Assembly: GCF_044704955.1 (NCBI RefSeq)
Contig: NC_091984.1
Coordinates: 144,088,001-144,152,000, forward strand
Direction: 5' to 3'
DNA length: 64,000 nucleotides
Source: Pristiophorus japonicus
Lineage: Eukaryota
Position 1 is the first letter of the stretch. Each line of letters opens with the position of its first letter. The translations under genes were made by a program, and so were the position numbers. A model generated the notes under the pieces. It had not been told where the DNA came from. It searched no databases and worked only from the letters and a program-made list of their open reading frames with translations. Positions 44,021 to 56,532 of the stretch are shown here, piece by piece.

Positions 44021-46039
44021 TCTCGCCCCACTGCCCCCCCAAAGCACAAGCCTTTGGCCCTTTGCATTGAAGGGCAGTGTGCCCCTCCCTTGCTCCCCTC
44101 CTGCCCCCCTCCCCTGATCCTCCCCACACCCTTGTGCCTTTGTGCTTTCAGATGATGAACCAGCATGTCAGCAGCCTGTCCCTCAGCCTCCCACTGACAG
44201 CGACGAGGGAGAGGAGGAGGAGGAAGGAGAGGAGACCCCCCCCCGTCACTGCCCCGTCAGTCCCCTCAGCAAGCTGCCCCCGGCTCTGGCGAGACCACGT
44301 CGCTGGAGGATACAATGTTCCTGGGGTTGGTGGAGGGTGATGTTCCGGGACCCAGCAGCTGCAGCAACATCACGGGGCAAGGAAAGCTCGTGGACCTGCT
44401 CCCCAGGGGGCCACTTCACGCCCCAGTTCTGCTCAGTATCACTCGGAGGAGGCTTTGGGCAGATTGTCAGCGGGCCATGCACAGCGAGCTTCTGGGTGCA
44501 ATGGCAATGGTGCCCCAGAGCCAGGGTGCCCCAGAACCAGGGTGCCCCTGAGCCAAGGTGCCCCAGAGCCAGGGTGCCCAAGGGCGATGGTACCCCAGAG
44601 CGAGGATGCCCCAGAGCCAGGGTGCCCCAGCGCCAGTGCCCAAGAGCCAGGGTGCCCCAGAGCCAGGGTGCTCCAGATCCAGGGTGCCCCAAGCCAGGGT
44701 GCCCCAGAGCCAAAGTGCCCAAGGGCGAGGGTGCCCCAGGGCGAGGATGCCCCAGAGCCAGGGTGCCCCAGCACCAGTGCCCCAGAGCCAGGGTGCACCA
44801 GAGCCAGGGTGCACCAGAGCCAGGGTGCCCCAAATCCAGGGTGCCCCAGAGCCAGGGTGCCCTTGATGGGGGTTTGGAGGAGTCGGCCTCCAGCATTGCC
44901 CGTGTCTCCCAGCACACCTTCCAGTCCATCCTTGTCAGCTTGCAACGCATGGTGGGCTCGCAGAGAGAGAGTGGGGACCGAGAGCTCCCGCCACGTGTCA
45001 TGGGGAGGGAGCAGCAGCTATTGCAGCACAGGCCGGAGCAACGCAACGGCTTACTGCTGTAATGGGCTCAGTGCTTGGTGCCATACAGACTGGTCCCTTC
45101 TCGTGCATGTCGGTCTGCTCTCATGCACGCTCAGTCTGATCCCGTGCTCGCTCGGACTGTTCCCGTGCACACCCGATCCACTCCCATGCACACTCGATCC
45201 ACTCTCGTGCACACTCGGTCCGCTCTGTGCACGCTCGGTCTGTTCCTGTGCACGGTCGATCCACTCCCATGCACGCTCGGTCTGTTCCCGTGCACGCTCA
45301 GATCGATGCCATGCAAGCGCTGACTACTGCCATCGTTTCTGGGTTCCCCGCAGTCCAACGGGGAGGTCACGGTGCCGAAGCAGGCCAGCAATCTCTGCTC
45401 GATGAGATTGGTCCGGATGCTGAGGCGCTGCCCCGGGGGAATGGCAGTGGGTGGGTAGAAATGGAAGGTGCTGCCTTCTCTCAGGATGACAGCATTCCGG
45501 CTCCCACCACTGCCACTTCACCATTGCAGTTGGCAATGTCTGCAACCCAGCCATCTGAGACTGCTGCCACCCAGGATGAGGTGGTGCAGTCTGCAGCCGG
45601 GCCTTGCAGGCCCAGGGCTGTCCAGGGCGTCCTGCTAGGCCATCTGCAGTCTCTGTGTGGCAGACTAAGCAGCCTCCCAGCAGCCTTGCTGCAGGCACTG
45701 GGACCCCATTGAGGAGGAGCATTATGATTGGGAGGGGGAGAAGGGAGCACGAGCGGAATATTTACAGAAAGGCCAGTGGGACAGTTTTGATGGCATCGTC
45801 AGCTCAGTAAGTTGTTAATATATTCTTGCTGCTAGTTGGGCTTTCTCAGTGTTGAGTATCAAACGGTTCTTTGTAAAGATGTTGTTGTTGGTTGTGGGGA
45901 GTTCTGGTTGATGTTGGGGGTTTAATCAATGGGTAATTTGAGGTTGAGTTTCTGTGCTGTGTTCCATTGGCCATGTGCAGGGTGATCGGGTCTGTGCTGT
46001 GCCCATCGCCGTTTGTTGGTGCAGCGCAATCACCATCTG

Positions 46040-46700
46040 ATCTCTGGTTTACTGGAACCTCTGCACAATGAGGGTCACACACGGCCCTCACACACCCCAC
46101 ATTGGCTCGGCCCTCCTCCGTGGCTGCTGCCCACCTCCGTAACCTCCCCCTCTGCACCCTCCTCCTCATCCACACCCTCCTCACTCTCCTCCTCACACTC
46201 CTCCTCCACCTCCTCCTCCTCCTCCTCCTCCCCCTCCTCACTTTCCCCCTCACCCCCCACTCCCTCTCCGTCCCCCTGAGGTGGCCCTGCAATCCCCGAG
46301 GACAATGTCTGGGCCCTCTGAATGAGCATGTTGTGCAGCATGCAGCACACGATGAGGAAACGGGATCCTCGATCAGGGGGGTCCTACAGGGCACCTCCTG
46401 AGCAGTTACGGCAGTGGAGGCGTGTTCCATCCTCCCCCCTGTCGATAGTCTGCTCGATGAGGTTGCTGGAGGCAGCATGGCTCCTATTGTACACGTGCTG
46501 AGCACGAGTGTTGGGTTTGCGGAGGGGTGTCACCGACCAGGTGGCGGACGAGTGGATAACCCTTGACCCTGAGCAGCCAGCCGCGAGATCCATGTGGCAG
46601 TTGGAAGAGCCAAAGTGTGTCCCGCCATGTTTGAGGTGGTGACACGGGCTGAGCACTGATTCTAACGCCGGGCGGTCGGTGCCTCCTCAAACGGCAAAAT
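46040..46700 (-). pseudogene. HARBI1-like (DDE_Tnp_4) transposase remnant
   Basis: GWLLRVKGYPL, TPLRKPNTRAQHVYNRSHAASSNLIEQTI and CCMLHNM motifs, in shifted frames. Confidence 0.85.
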
Positions 46701-46835
46701 TCACCGTCCACAGATATTGCCTGATCTGCTGAGTATTTCCAGCATTTTCTGTCTTCCCAGAGGCCTTCCTTTGCCATCTGAGGCCTTGCAAATGTCTAGC
46801 ATCACTCCCTACACACTGAAAAACCTTTTACATCT

Positions 46836-47177
46836 TTTTTTTAAAATTCGTAGCCAATCTTTCCAATTCTTTGTCAAATCACAAACGCCAGAGGTCACCT
46901 TGCACACATCAAGGATCACTCTGCGCCAATGCTCTTAGCCAAAAGGCCAAGAGCCACTGCACCGTTCCTGGAAGTACTGCAATACCAGGTTCATGCCATG
47001 GAGGTGGATGGGTCAGGCCCCCCACACACCTCCGTGGAGGTGGATGGGTCAAACCACCCCACCCACCTCCTATTTCCAAAAAGCATAGGAGAACCACCTT
47101 CCTGATCCAGGGAGAACCACTTTGGGGTCATGATTACTCCCCTGTCAGGTCAGCTACGCATGATCTTAGCCAAAAGG
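46836..47177 (-). mobile_element. U1/U2 snRNA-derived mosaic retroposon (SINEU-like)
   Basis: U2 and U1 snRNA segments, a poly(A) tail, and TSD AAACCTTTTACATCT at 46821-46835 and 47178-47192. Confidence 0.85.
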
Positions 47178-47589
47178 AAACCTTTTACATCTATTGCAGC
47201 AAGCAACGACTTCAATAAAATACCCAATCGAAAAGCTTAAATCCAAACTTGCCTGAATGATGTGTGCATCCCTTTAAGTGGTACGGTCAATGCTTCTGTG
47301 AGTCTGCTTACATGCTGGGTTTATCCGGTGTGGTTTAGGATCCAGCACTGAACTCCGAGCTCGGGTCAAAGTTCACCATGGTGAAGGTCAGTGTTACACA
47401 CCGACTGACGTCACAACTCCGCCATTTTACTTTGAAGGGCGATATTCCATAACAGCAGCACTGCAGGGCCTGGGAAAATGGAGAACACCGTGGAACCCAC
47501 CACCCGTTGGCAAAAGTGCAGAGCCCACCCTCTTTGACTCACTTTTTGCCGGCAATGTGTGGTGTAAAGCGCCTGAATTTTTGCGCAAA

Positions 47590-48120
47590 GCAATAATGGA
47601 AGATCACGACCAATGCATCCAGTATCTCTTTAGCCACCTCTTTTAAAACCTTAGCATCTAGGCTATCAGCTATATGGGATTTATCGAATTTTACTCTCAA
47701 TAATTTCTCCAGTACTGCTCCTTTACTAATACTAATTGCTTTAATTTCCTCATTCTCATTAGACCCTTGTTTCCCCACTATTTCCAGGATGCTTTTTGTA
47801 TCTTTTTCTGTGAAGGCAGATACAATGTATTTGTTTAATATCCTTGCCATGTTCATATACCCCATTATAATTTCTCCTGTCTCTGCCTGTAAGGGACCCA
47901 CGTTTACTTTCGCTGAGCTCTTCTTTTTTCTAGAACTATAGAAGCTTTTACAATCCAGGTTTTAGTCCCTTGCTAGTTTACTGTCACATTCTATTGTGTC
48001 TCTGTCAATTCCCTGATCGTCCTTTGCTGAATTCTGAAATCTTCCCAAATCTCAGGCTGACTATTTTTGTCACCCAGAAATTCTCCTTCACCTGCGAAGT
48101 TCTGTTCTAACCACGGTTGT
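47590..48120 (-). mobile_element. CR1 LINE internal fragment
   Basis: GPLQAETGEII...KVLKEVAKEILDALVVIF. Confidence 0.8.
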
Positions 48121-48155
48121 GTGCTTTCACTCTCTACATATGTCCGGTCAAAAGC

Positions 48156-51100
48156 CTGTTCCCAGCTCTCACACTCTATCTATGACCATCCACAGTCTGT
48201 TCCCAGCTCTCACTGTCTATCTATGACCATCCACACTCTGTTCCCAGCTCTCACACTCTATCTATGACCATCCACACTCTGTTCCCAGCTCTCACACTCT
48301 ATCTATGACCATCCACAGTCTGTTCCCAGCTCTCACTGTCTATCTATGACCATCCACAGTCTGTTCCCAGCTCTCACACTCTATCTATGACCATCCACAG
48401 TCTGTTCCCAGCTCTCACTGTCTATCTATGACCATCCACACTCTGTTCCCAGCTCTCACACTCTATCTATGACCATCCACAGTCTGTTCCCAGCTCTCAC
48501 TGTCTATCTATGACCATCCACACTCTGTTCCCAGCTCTCACACTCTATCTATGACCATCCACAATCTGTTCCCAGCTCTCACTGTCTATCTATGACCATC
48601 CACACTCTGTTCCCAGCTCTCACACTCTATCTATGACCATCCACACTCTGTTCCCAGCTCTCACTGTCTATCTATGACCATCCACACTCTGTTCCCAGCT
48701 CTCACTGTCTATCTATGACCATCCACACTCTGTTCCCAGCTCTCACTGTCTATCTATGACCATCCACAGTCTGTTCCCAGCTCTCACTGTCTATCTATGA
48801 CCATCCACACTCTGTTCCCAGCTCTCACTGTCTATCTATGACCATCCACACTCTGTTCCCAGCTCTCACACTCTATCTATGACCATCCACAGTCTGTTCC
48901 CAGCTCTCACACTCTATTTATGACCATCCACACTCTGTTCCCAGCTCTCACACTCTATCTATGGCCATCCACAATCTGTTCCCAGCTCTCACTGTCTATC
49001 TATGACCATCCACACTCTGTTCCCAGCTCTCACTGTCTATCTATGACCATCCACACTCTGTTCCCAGCTCTCACACTCTATCTATGACCATCCACACTCT
49101 GTTCCCAGCTCTCACACTCTATCTATGGCCATCCACACTCTGTTCGCAGCTCTCACACTCTATCTATGACCATCCACACTCTGTTCCCAGCTCTCACACT
49201 CTATCTATGACCATCCACAGTCTGTTCCCAGCTCTCACTGTCTATCTATGACCATCCACAGTCTGTTCCCAGCTCTCACTGTCTATCTATGACCATCCAC
49301 AGTCTGTTCCCAGCTCTCACACTCTATCTATGACCATCCACGCTCTGTTCCCAGCTCTCACTGTCTATCTATGACCATCCACAGTCTGTTCCCAGCTCTC
49401 ACTGTCTATCTATGACCATCCACAGTCTGTTCCCAGCTCTCACTGTCTATCTATGACCATCCACACTCTGTTCCCAGCTCTCACTGTCTATCTATGACCA
49501 TCCACACTCTGTTCCCAGCTCTCACACTCTATCTATGACCATCCACACTCTGTTCCCAGCTCTCACACTCTATCTATGACCATCCACAGTCTGTTCCCAG
49601 CTCTCGCTGTCTATCTATGACCATCCACAGTCTGTTCCCAGCTCTCACACTCTATCTATGGCCATCCACAGTCTGTTCCCAGCTCTCACTGTCTATCTAT
49701 GGCCATCCACACTCTGTTCCCAGCTCTCACACTCTATCTATGGCCATCCACAATCTGTTCCCAGCTCTCACTGTCTATCTATGACCATCCACACTCTGTT
49801 CCCAGCTCTCACTGTCTATCTATGACCATCCACACTCTGTTCCCAGCTCTCACTGTCTATCTATGACCATCCACACTCTGTTCCCAGCTCTCACTGTCTA
49901 TCTATGGCCATCCACACTCTGTTCCCAGCTCTCACACTCTATCTATGACCATCCACACTCTGTTCCCAGCTCTCACACTCTATCTATGACCATCCACACT
50001 CTGTTCCCAGCTCTCACACTCTATCTATGACCATCCACAGTCTGTTCCCAGCTCTCACTGTCTATCTATGACCATCCACAGTCTGTTCCCAGCTCTCACT
50101 GTCTATCTATGACCATCCACAGTCTGTTCCCAGCTCTCACACTCTATCTATGACCATCCACGCTCTGTTCCCAGCTCTCACTGTCTATCTATGACCATCC
50201 ACAGTCTGTTCCCAGCTCTCACTGTCTATCTATGACCATCCACAGTCTGTTCCCAGCTCTCACTGTCTATCTCTGGCCATCCACACTCTGTTCCCAGCTC
50301 TCACACTCTATCTATGACCATCCACACTCTGTTCCCAGCTCTCACTGTCTATCTCTGTCCATCCACAGTCTGTTCCCAGCTCTCACTGTCTATCTATGAC
50401 CATCCACAGTCTGTTCCCAGCTCTCACTGTCTATCTATGACCATCCACACTCTGTTCCCAGCTCTCACTGTCTATCTATGACCATCCACACTCTGTTCCC
50501 AGCTCTCACACTCTATCTATGACCATCCACACTCTGTTCCCAGCTCTCACACTCTATCTATGACCATCCACAGTCTGTTCCCAGCTCTCACTGTCTATCT
50601 ATGACCATCCACAGTCTGTTCCCAGCTCTCACACTCTATCTATGATCATCCACAGTCTGTTCCCAGCTCTCACACTCTATCTATGACCATCCACAGTCTG
50701 TTCCCAGCTCTCACACTCTATCTATGACCATCCACACTCTGTTCCCAGCTCTCACTGTCTATCTATGACCATCCACATTCTGTTTCCAGCTCTCACACTC
50801 TATCTATGACCATCCACAGTCTGTTCCCAGCTCTCACTGTCTATCTCTGGCCATCCACACTCTGTTCCCAGCTCTCACACTCTATCTATGACCATCCACA
50901 CTCTGTTCCCAGCTCTCACTGTCTATCTCTGTCCATCCACAGTCTGTTCCCAGCTCTCACTGTCTATCTATGACCATCCACAGTCTGTTCCCAGCTCTCA
51001 CTGTCTATCTATGACCATCCACACTCTGTTCCCAGCTCTCACTGTCTATCTATGACCATCCACACTCTGTTCCCAGCTCTCACACTCTATCTATGACCAT

Positions 51101-52232
51101 CCACACTCTGTTCCCAGCTCTCACACTCTATCTATGACCATCCACAGTCTGTTCCCAGCTCTCACTGTCTATCTATGACCATCCACAGTCTGTTCCCAGC
51201 TCTCACACTCTATCTATGATCATCCACAGTCTGTTCCCAGCTCTCACACTCTATCTATGACCATCCACAGTCTGTTCCCAGCTCTCACACTCTATCTATG
51301 ACCATCCACACTCTGTTCCCAGCTCTCACTGTCTATCTATGACCATCCACAGTCTGTTTCCAGCTCTCACACTCTATCTATGACCATCCACAGTCTGTTC
51401 CCAGCTCTCACACTCTATCTATGACCATCCACACTCTGTTCCCAGCTCTCACACTCTATCTATGGCCATTCACACTCTGTTCCCAGCTCTCACTGTCTAT
51501 CTATGACCATCCACGCTCTGTTCCCAGCTCTCACTGTCTATCTATGACCATCCACACTCTGTTCCCAGCTCTCACACTCTATCTATGACCATCCATAGTC
51601 TGTTCCCAGCTCTCACTGTCTATCTATGACCATCCACACTCTGTTCCCAGCTCTCACTGTCTATCTATGACCATCTACAGTCTGTTCCCAGCTCTCACTG
51701 TCTATCTATGACCATCCACAGTCTGTTCCCAGTTCTCACTGTCTATCTATGACCATCCACGGTCTGTTCCCAGCTCTCACTGTCTATCTATGACCATCCA
51801 CAGTCTGTTCCCAGCTCTCACTGTCTATCTATGACCATCCACAGTCTGTTCCCAGCTCTCACTGTCTATCTATGACCATCCACAGTCTGTTCCCAGCTCT
51901 CACACTTTATCTATGACCATCCACACTCTGTTCCCAGCTCTCACTGTCTATCTATGACCATCCACAGTCTGTTCCCAGCTCTCACACTCTATCTATGGCC
52001 ATTCACACTCTGTTCCCAGCTCTCACTGTCTATCTCTGTCCATCCACACTCTGTTCCCAGCTCTCACTGTCTATCTATGACCATCCACAGTCTGTTCCCA
52101 GCTCTCACACTCTATCTATGACCATCCACACTCTGTTCCCAGCTCTCACACTCTATCTATGACCATCCACACTCTGTTCCCAGCTCTCACACTCTATCTA
52201 TGACCATCCACAATCTGTTCCCACCTCACACT
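48156..52232. repeat. 41-bp satellite/minisatellite, about 99 copies (4.1 kb)
   Basis: CTGTTCCCAGCTCTCAC(AC/TG)TCTATCTATGACCATCCACA(C/G)T; starts at 48156, 48197, 48238 and so on. Confidence 0.97.
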
Positions 52233-52234
52233 CC

Positions 52235-52640
52235 AGCAGTGCATGAGGCAAAACGTTTTAAATGGATTGCCCCTGGCCAACCTGAACTCACATCTTTCTC
52301 CAATTTCTTTCCGATCTCCCCTCATGCCCTCTCCGTCAACTTCCTGACTGTGTGACCACTTCCTGCTCCCTCGACCCTATTCCCACTAAACAGCTGACCA
52401 CCCAACTTCCTTTTCTGGCTCACTTGTCAGCTGATGTGGTTAATGGTTCTCACCTCAGTTACTTTTCTCTCCTTGAAATCTGTGGCTTTCACCACTCTCC
52501 TCAAAAAACCAACCCTTGATCCCTCCCTTCCCGCCCCATCCTTGCAAACTACCGTCCCATCTCCAACCTCCCTTTCCTGTCCAAAGTCTTTGAACGTGAT
52601 GTCATCTCCCAAATCCGTGCCCATCTTTCCCAGAACTCCG
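52235..52640 (+). mobile_element. L2-clade LINE RT fragment
   Basis: SCSLDPIPTK...LLKKPTLDP...PISNLPFLSK-like motifs. Confidence 0.7.
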
Positions 52641-52997
52641 GAAGATGATTTTTTGATATCATCGTTGCTAGATTTGGAATGAAGTGTCTGTGCTTCACTG
52701 TCGGTGTAATAGACAAGTTTGTGCGATTGTGAAAGTGAGCAGTGCTGGGGGGAATTGTGAAGTCATTCACTTTGGTAGGAAAAATAGAAAATGCAAATTG
52801 TTGTTTAATGGTGAGGAACGATGAAATGTTGTTGGTCAGGGGGACTTGGGTCCTTATACATGAAATGCAGCAATGCAACATGCAGATACAGTGAACAATT
52901 AGGAAGGTCAATGATAAGTTAGCATTTATTGCTAGGTGGGTGGAGGACAAGTGTAAGGAAGATGTGCTGCAATTGTACAGGGCCTTGGTGAGACCAC

Positions 52998-53983
52998 TGT
53001 AGGATGATGGTTTCATCCTGGATTAATTTGTAGCAGCCAAGAACAATTAGTTAACACTACCAGCTTCTTCTCAGAGTTCGACACTGGAAAATAATGACAA
53101 GGCACCAATAATATAGTTTCCACTTAGTGAGGAGTCTTTACTGAGTCTGATCAACCCGTTACAACATTACATCTATCAGTCTGTCCCTTGAGCTAATTCG
53201 CTACGTTATAGTTACCAGTTCTTCAGTTCCCTGTGTGCTCACGACCGTCCCTGTGGTCAGCTGACGTGCCGTGATGTGGGTCTTCTGATGACTGACCGGG
53301 TCTCCCTTCTTTGACAGCAGCCGTGTTCCCACCCATCTTTGTTGAGCCTCTGCCTCAGTTTCCCTGAGCACTCACGATCGACCCGATGGTCTGACAGGTT
53401 CATGGAGCACAGCTTCTGATGACTGACCACGTCACCCCTCTCTGACTACTGTGGGCTGCTGTTACATCATCTGTGTGTTTTGTGCCTGCTTTTTCTCAGG
53501 TGTTGTTTCCATGGTTACTGCCACTCATCGAATCCTTCCTTTGATCCATCGATGATCTATCTTCTGTGAGCAGACATTTAGCACTTTGGAAACTGGCCTA
53601 TTGTCTAGTCTAGTGCTCTCATGGACCCTACTGTGCTCAGTATTGGTGTTTACATTTCTACAAAGGTTTGGTCGCTATCAGTGTTTACATGTCCACAAAA
53701 GGTTTATTAAAGTTAATATTTTTTCCATTGTGTTGGGGTTTCCCTTCTGGTTACAGTTTGTGTGGTTTTACATTTCCACAAAAGGTTTCTTACAGTCCTA
53801 TTGTGTTGGGGTTTCTCTACAGATTAACATTGAGCATTTTAAACAGCAGTCTCCAGGATTTCTTACAATTACAGGAAGTCAGTATTTACAGCTTTCATGT
53901 TTTAGCCATTTTATACAGAATGTTTAAAAAGGTTAATCACAGAGTTTGGTTTCCTGGGCCTTACATTGGGTTCAAGCCCTACA
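52998..53983. mobile_element. Solo LTR (986 bp) inserted in a CR1 fragment (52740-54065)
   Basis: Termini TGTAGG...CCTACA and 4-bp TSD CCAC. Removing it restores the CR1 LVRPHLEY sequence. Confidence 0.85.
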
Positions 53984-54065
53984 CCACACCTGGAGTACTG
54001 TGTACAGTTTTGGTCTCCGTAACTGAGGAAGGATATACTTGCCTTAGAGGGGCTGCAACAATGGT

Positions 54066-54670
54066 TCGAGGATCTCCTCAACCAAGGATCTGTCTTTGAC
54101 TCCATCCCACAGCATGCTGCCCGCCTCCACCTCAGCACAATCCCAGCCCGGCATGAGGATGAAAAGGCCATCCGACAACTGAAGAATAACAAGGCCTCAG
54201 GAGCAGATGGAATCCTTGCCGAAGTACTAAAGCATGATGAAGAAGTACTCTTGACGCAAATCCATGACCTTATCTCTCTTACCTGGAAGGAGGAGAGCAC
54301 GCCTGGGGATCTCAGAGACGCCATAATCATAATCATCTTCAAGAAAGCAGACAAATCCGATTGCGGTAATTACAGAGGAGTTTCCCTGCTGTCTGTCACT
54401 GCAAAGAGTATCGCAAGAATCCTCCTCAATCGTCTCCTTCCAATGGCTGAAGAGCTCCTTCCAGAGTCACAATGTGGATTCTGCCCACTAAGGGACACAA
54501 CAGACATGGTCCTCACCACACATCAATTTCAAGTGAGATGCAAGGAGCAGCATCAACCTCTGTACATGGCCTTCTTTGACTTCACAAAGGCCTTCGACTC
54601 TGTCAACCATGAGGGATTATAGAGTGACCTTCTCAAATTTGGCTGTCCAAAAAATTTGTCACCATCCTGT
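54066..54670 (+). mobile_element. RTE LINE RT fragment
   Basis: KKADKSDCGNYRGVSLLS...LPESQCGF...AFFDFTKAFDSV. Confidence 0.85.
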
Positions 54671-54671
54671 C

Positions 54672-55950
54672 CTCAATATACTCAAAGACTGAGCCTCCAC
54701 AGCCCTCTGAGTAGAGAATTCCAGAGATTCACCACCCTCTGAGTGAAGAAGTTTCTCCTCATCTCAGTCCTAAATGGCCAACCCCTTATTCTAAGACTGT
54801 GACCCCTGGTTCTCGACTCCCCAGCCAGAGGAAACATCCTCCCTGCATCTACCCTGTCAAGCCCTGTCAGACTTTTGTATGTTCCAATGAGATCATCTCT
54901 CATTCATTCAAACTCAAGAGAATATAAGCCCAGTCTACTCAATCTCTCCTCATAGGACAATCTCCACATTCCAGGAATCAGTCTGGTGAACCTTTGTTGC
55001 ACTCCCTCAATGGCAAGTATATCCTTCCTCAGGTAAGGAGAACAAAACTGATTCACCAGGGCCTAATATAATTGTAGTAAGACGTCTTTACTCTTATGCT
55101 CAAATCCTCTTGTAATCAAGGCCAACATACCATGTGCTTTCTTAATTACTTGCTGTTCCTGCATATTAACTTTCAGTGATTGTTGTACAAGGACAGCCAT
55201 ATCCCTCGAAACACCAACAATTCCCAATCTCACCATTTAAAACATACTCTGCTTTTCTATTGTTCCTACCAAAGTGGATAACTTCACATTTCTCCACTTT
55301 ATATTCCTTCCGCCATGTCTTGCCTGTTCACTTAGTCTGTCTATATCCCCTGGTAGTCTCTTTGCATCCTCATCACAACTTACATTCCCAGCAAGCTTTG
55401 TATCATCAGATTGATGAGAAGCAGGAGATAGATTCCTGGGATGAGTGGGTTGTCCTGTGAGGAGAGATTGAATAGATTGGGACGAGACTCTCTGAGCTTG
55501 AGAATAATGTGTGGTGATCTCATTGAAACACTTAAGATTCTGAGGGGGATTGACAGTATAGATGCTGAGAGGTTGTTTCCCTGACTGGAGAGTCTAGAAT
55601 TAGGAGGCATAGTCTCAGGATAAGGGGTAGGCCCTTTAAGACTGAGAGGAGCAGGAATTTCTTCAGTCAGAGGGTTATAAAACGTTGCAATTTTCTACCT
55701 AGAGGTCTATGGATGCTCAGTTGTTGAGTATATTCAAGGCTGAGATTGATAGATGTAAGGAGGCCATTTTGGCCCATCATGTCCACGCCGGCCGACCAAG
55801 AACTATCCAGCCTAAAAATAGATAGCGCGGGAAGGTGGAGTTGAGGTCCAGCTTCAGCCATGATCTTATAGACCAGTGGAGCAGGCTTGAGGGGTTGTAT
55901 GGCCTACGCCTGCTGCTATTTCTGTTGTCCTTATCTTATGTTCCTATGAT
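54672..55950. mobile_element. CR1 fragments (minus 54672-55410, plus 55410-55950)
   Basis: CR1 ORF2 C-terminal and tail sequence. Confidence 0.8.
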
Positions 55951-56532
55951 TCTAACAGTGCTCCAAGCAAATGGCCAGGAAGTCCTTTAAATTTATGAGG
56001 ACTGGCAACTGGAATAAGTCAGCGGGCAAACATGATAGGGCAGTGGTATTTGGAATGTACAAAATGTGGTCTCCAATACTTTCATTATTTGCATTGGTCA
56101 ATATGTAAAAAGGGCACCAAGTATTGTATCATTCAGGTAGTCCCCAGACTGTGTCAGAATCAAAGAATTTTGTGAGATTGGGACAATGTTTAAAGGGGTG
56201 TCAAGGACAGTAGTCATTTAGGGCGTCCCCAAATGAGGTCACTATTTAGGCTCTCAGCGACAGTGAGTCAGCGTATAAAGGGATGCCGAGGACAGTAGAC
56301 AGTCAGGGAGTCCTTGGACTGTATCAGTGTTAACAGGGGTTTATGAGAGTGTCTCAGTTTATAAAGGTGTACCAAGTATTTCAGGCATTCAGGGCAACCC
56401 CAGGCAGTGTCTCTATCACAAGACTTTACAGGGATTGTGCAGGAAATTGGAATTGAGGTAGAAGATCAGCCATGATCTTATTGTGTGGTAGAGCAGGCTC
56501 GATCAGTTGAATAGCATGCTCCTGCTCCTATT

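Larger units (their letters stand above)
44150..47590. mobile_element. Degenerate Harbinger transposon with internal minisatellite expansions (16-bp at 44510-44865; about 21-bp at 45100-45300)
   Basis: The plus-strand ORF remnant resembles 26750-27720, and a transposase remnant lies on the minus strand. Confidence 0.7.

Noticed and set aside
44142-45405. 300-aa Pro/Gly-rich ORFs
   Set aside because: Produced by 16-bp and about 21-bp GC-rich repeat expansions inside a decayed Harbinger.
46836-47177. Functional U2 or U1 snRNA gene
   Set aside because: Segments are scrambled, key pairing regions are lost, and poly(A) plus TSD indicate retroposition.
48156-52232. Array of cryptic RSSs (CACAGTC / CACTGTC)
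   Set aside because: There is no nonamer-like sequence at 12 or 23 spacing in the unit.
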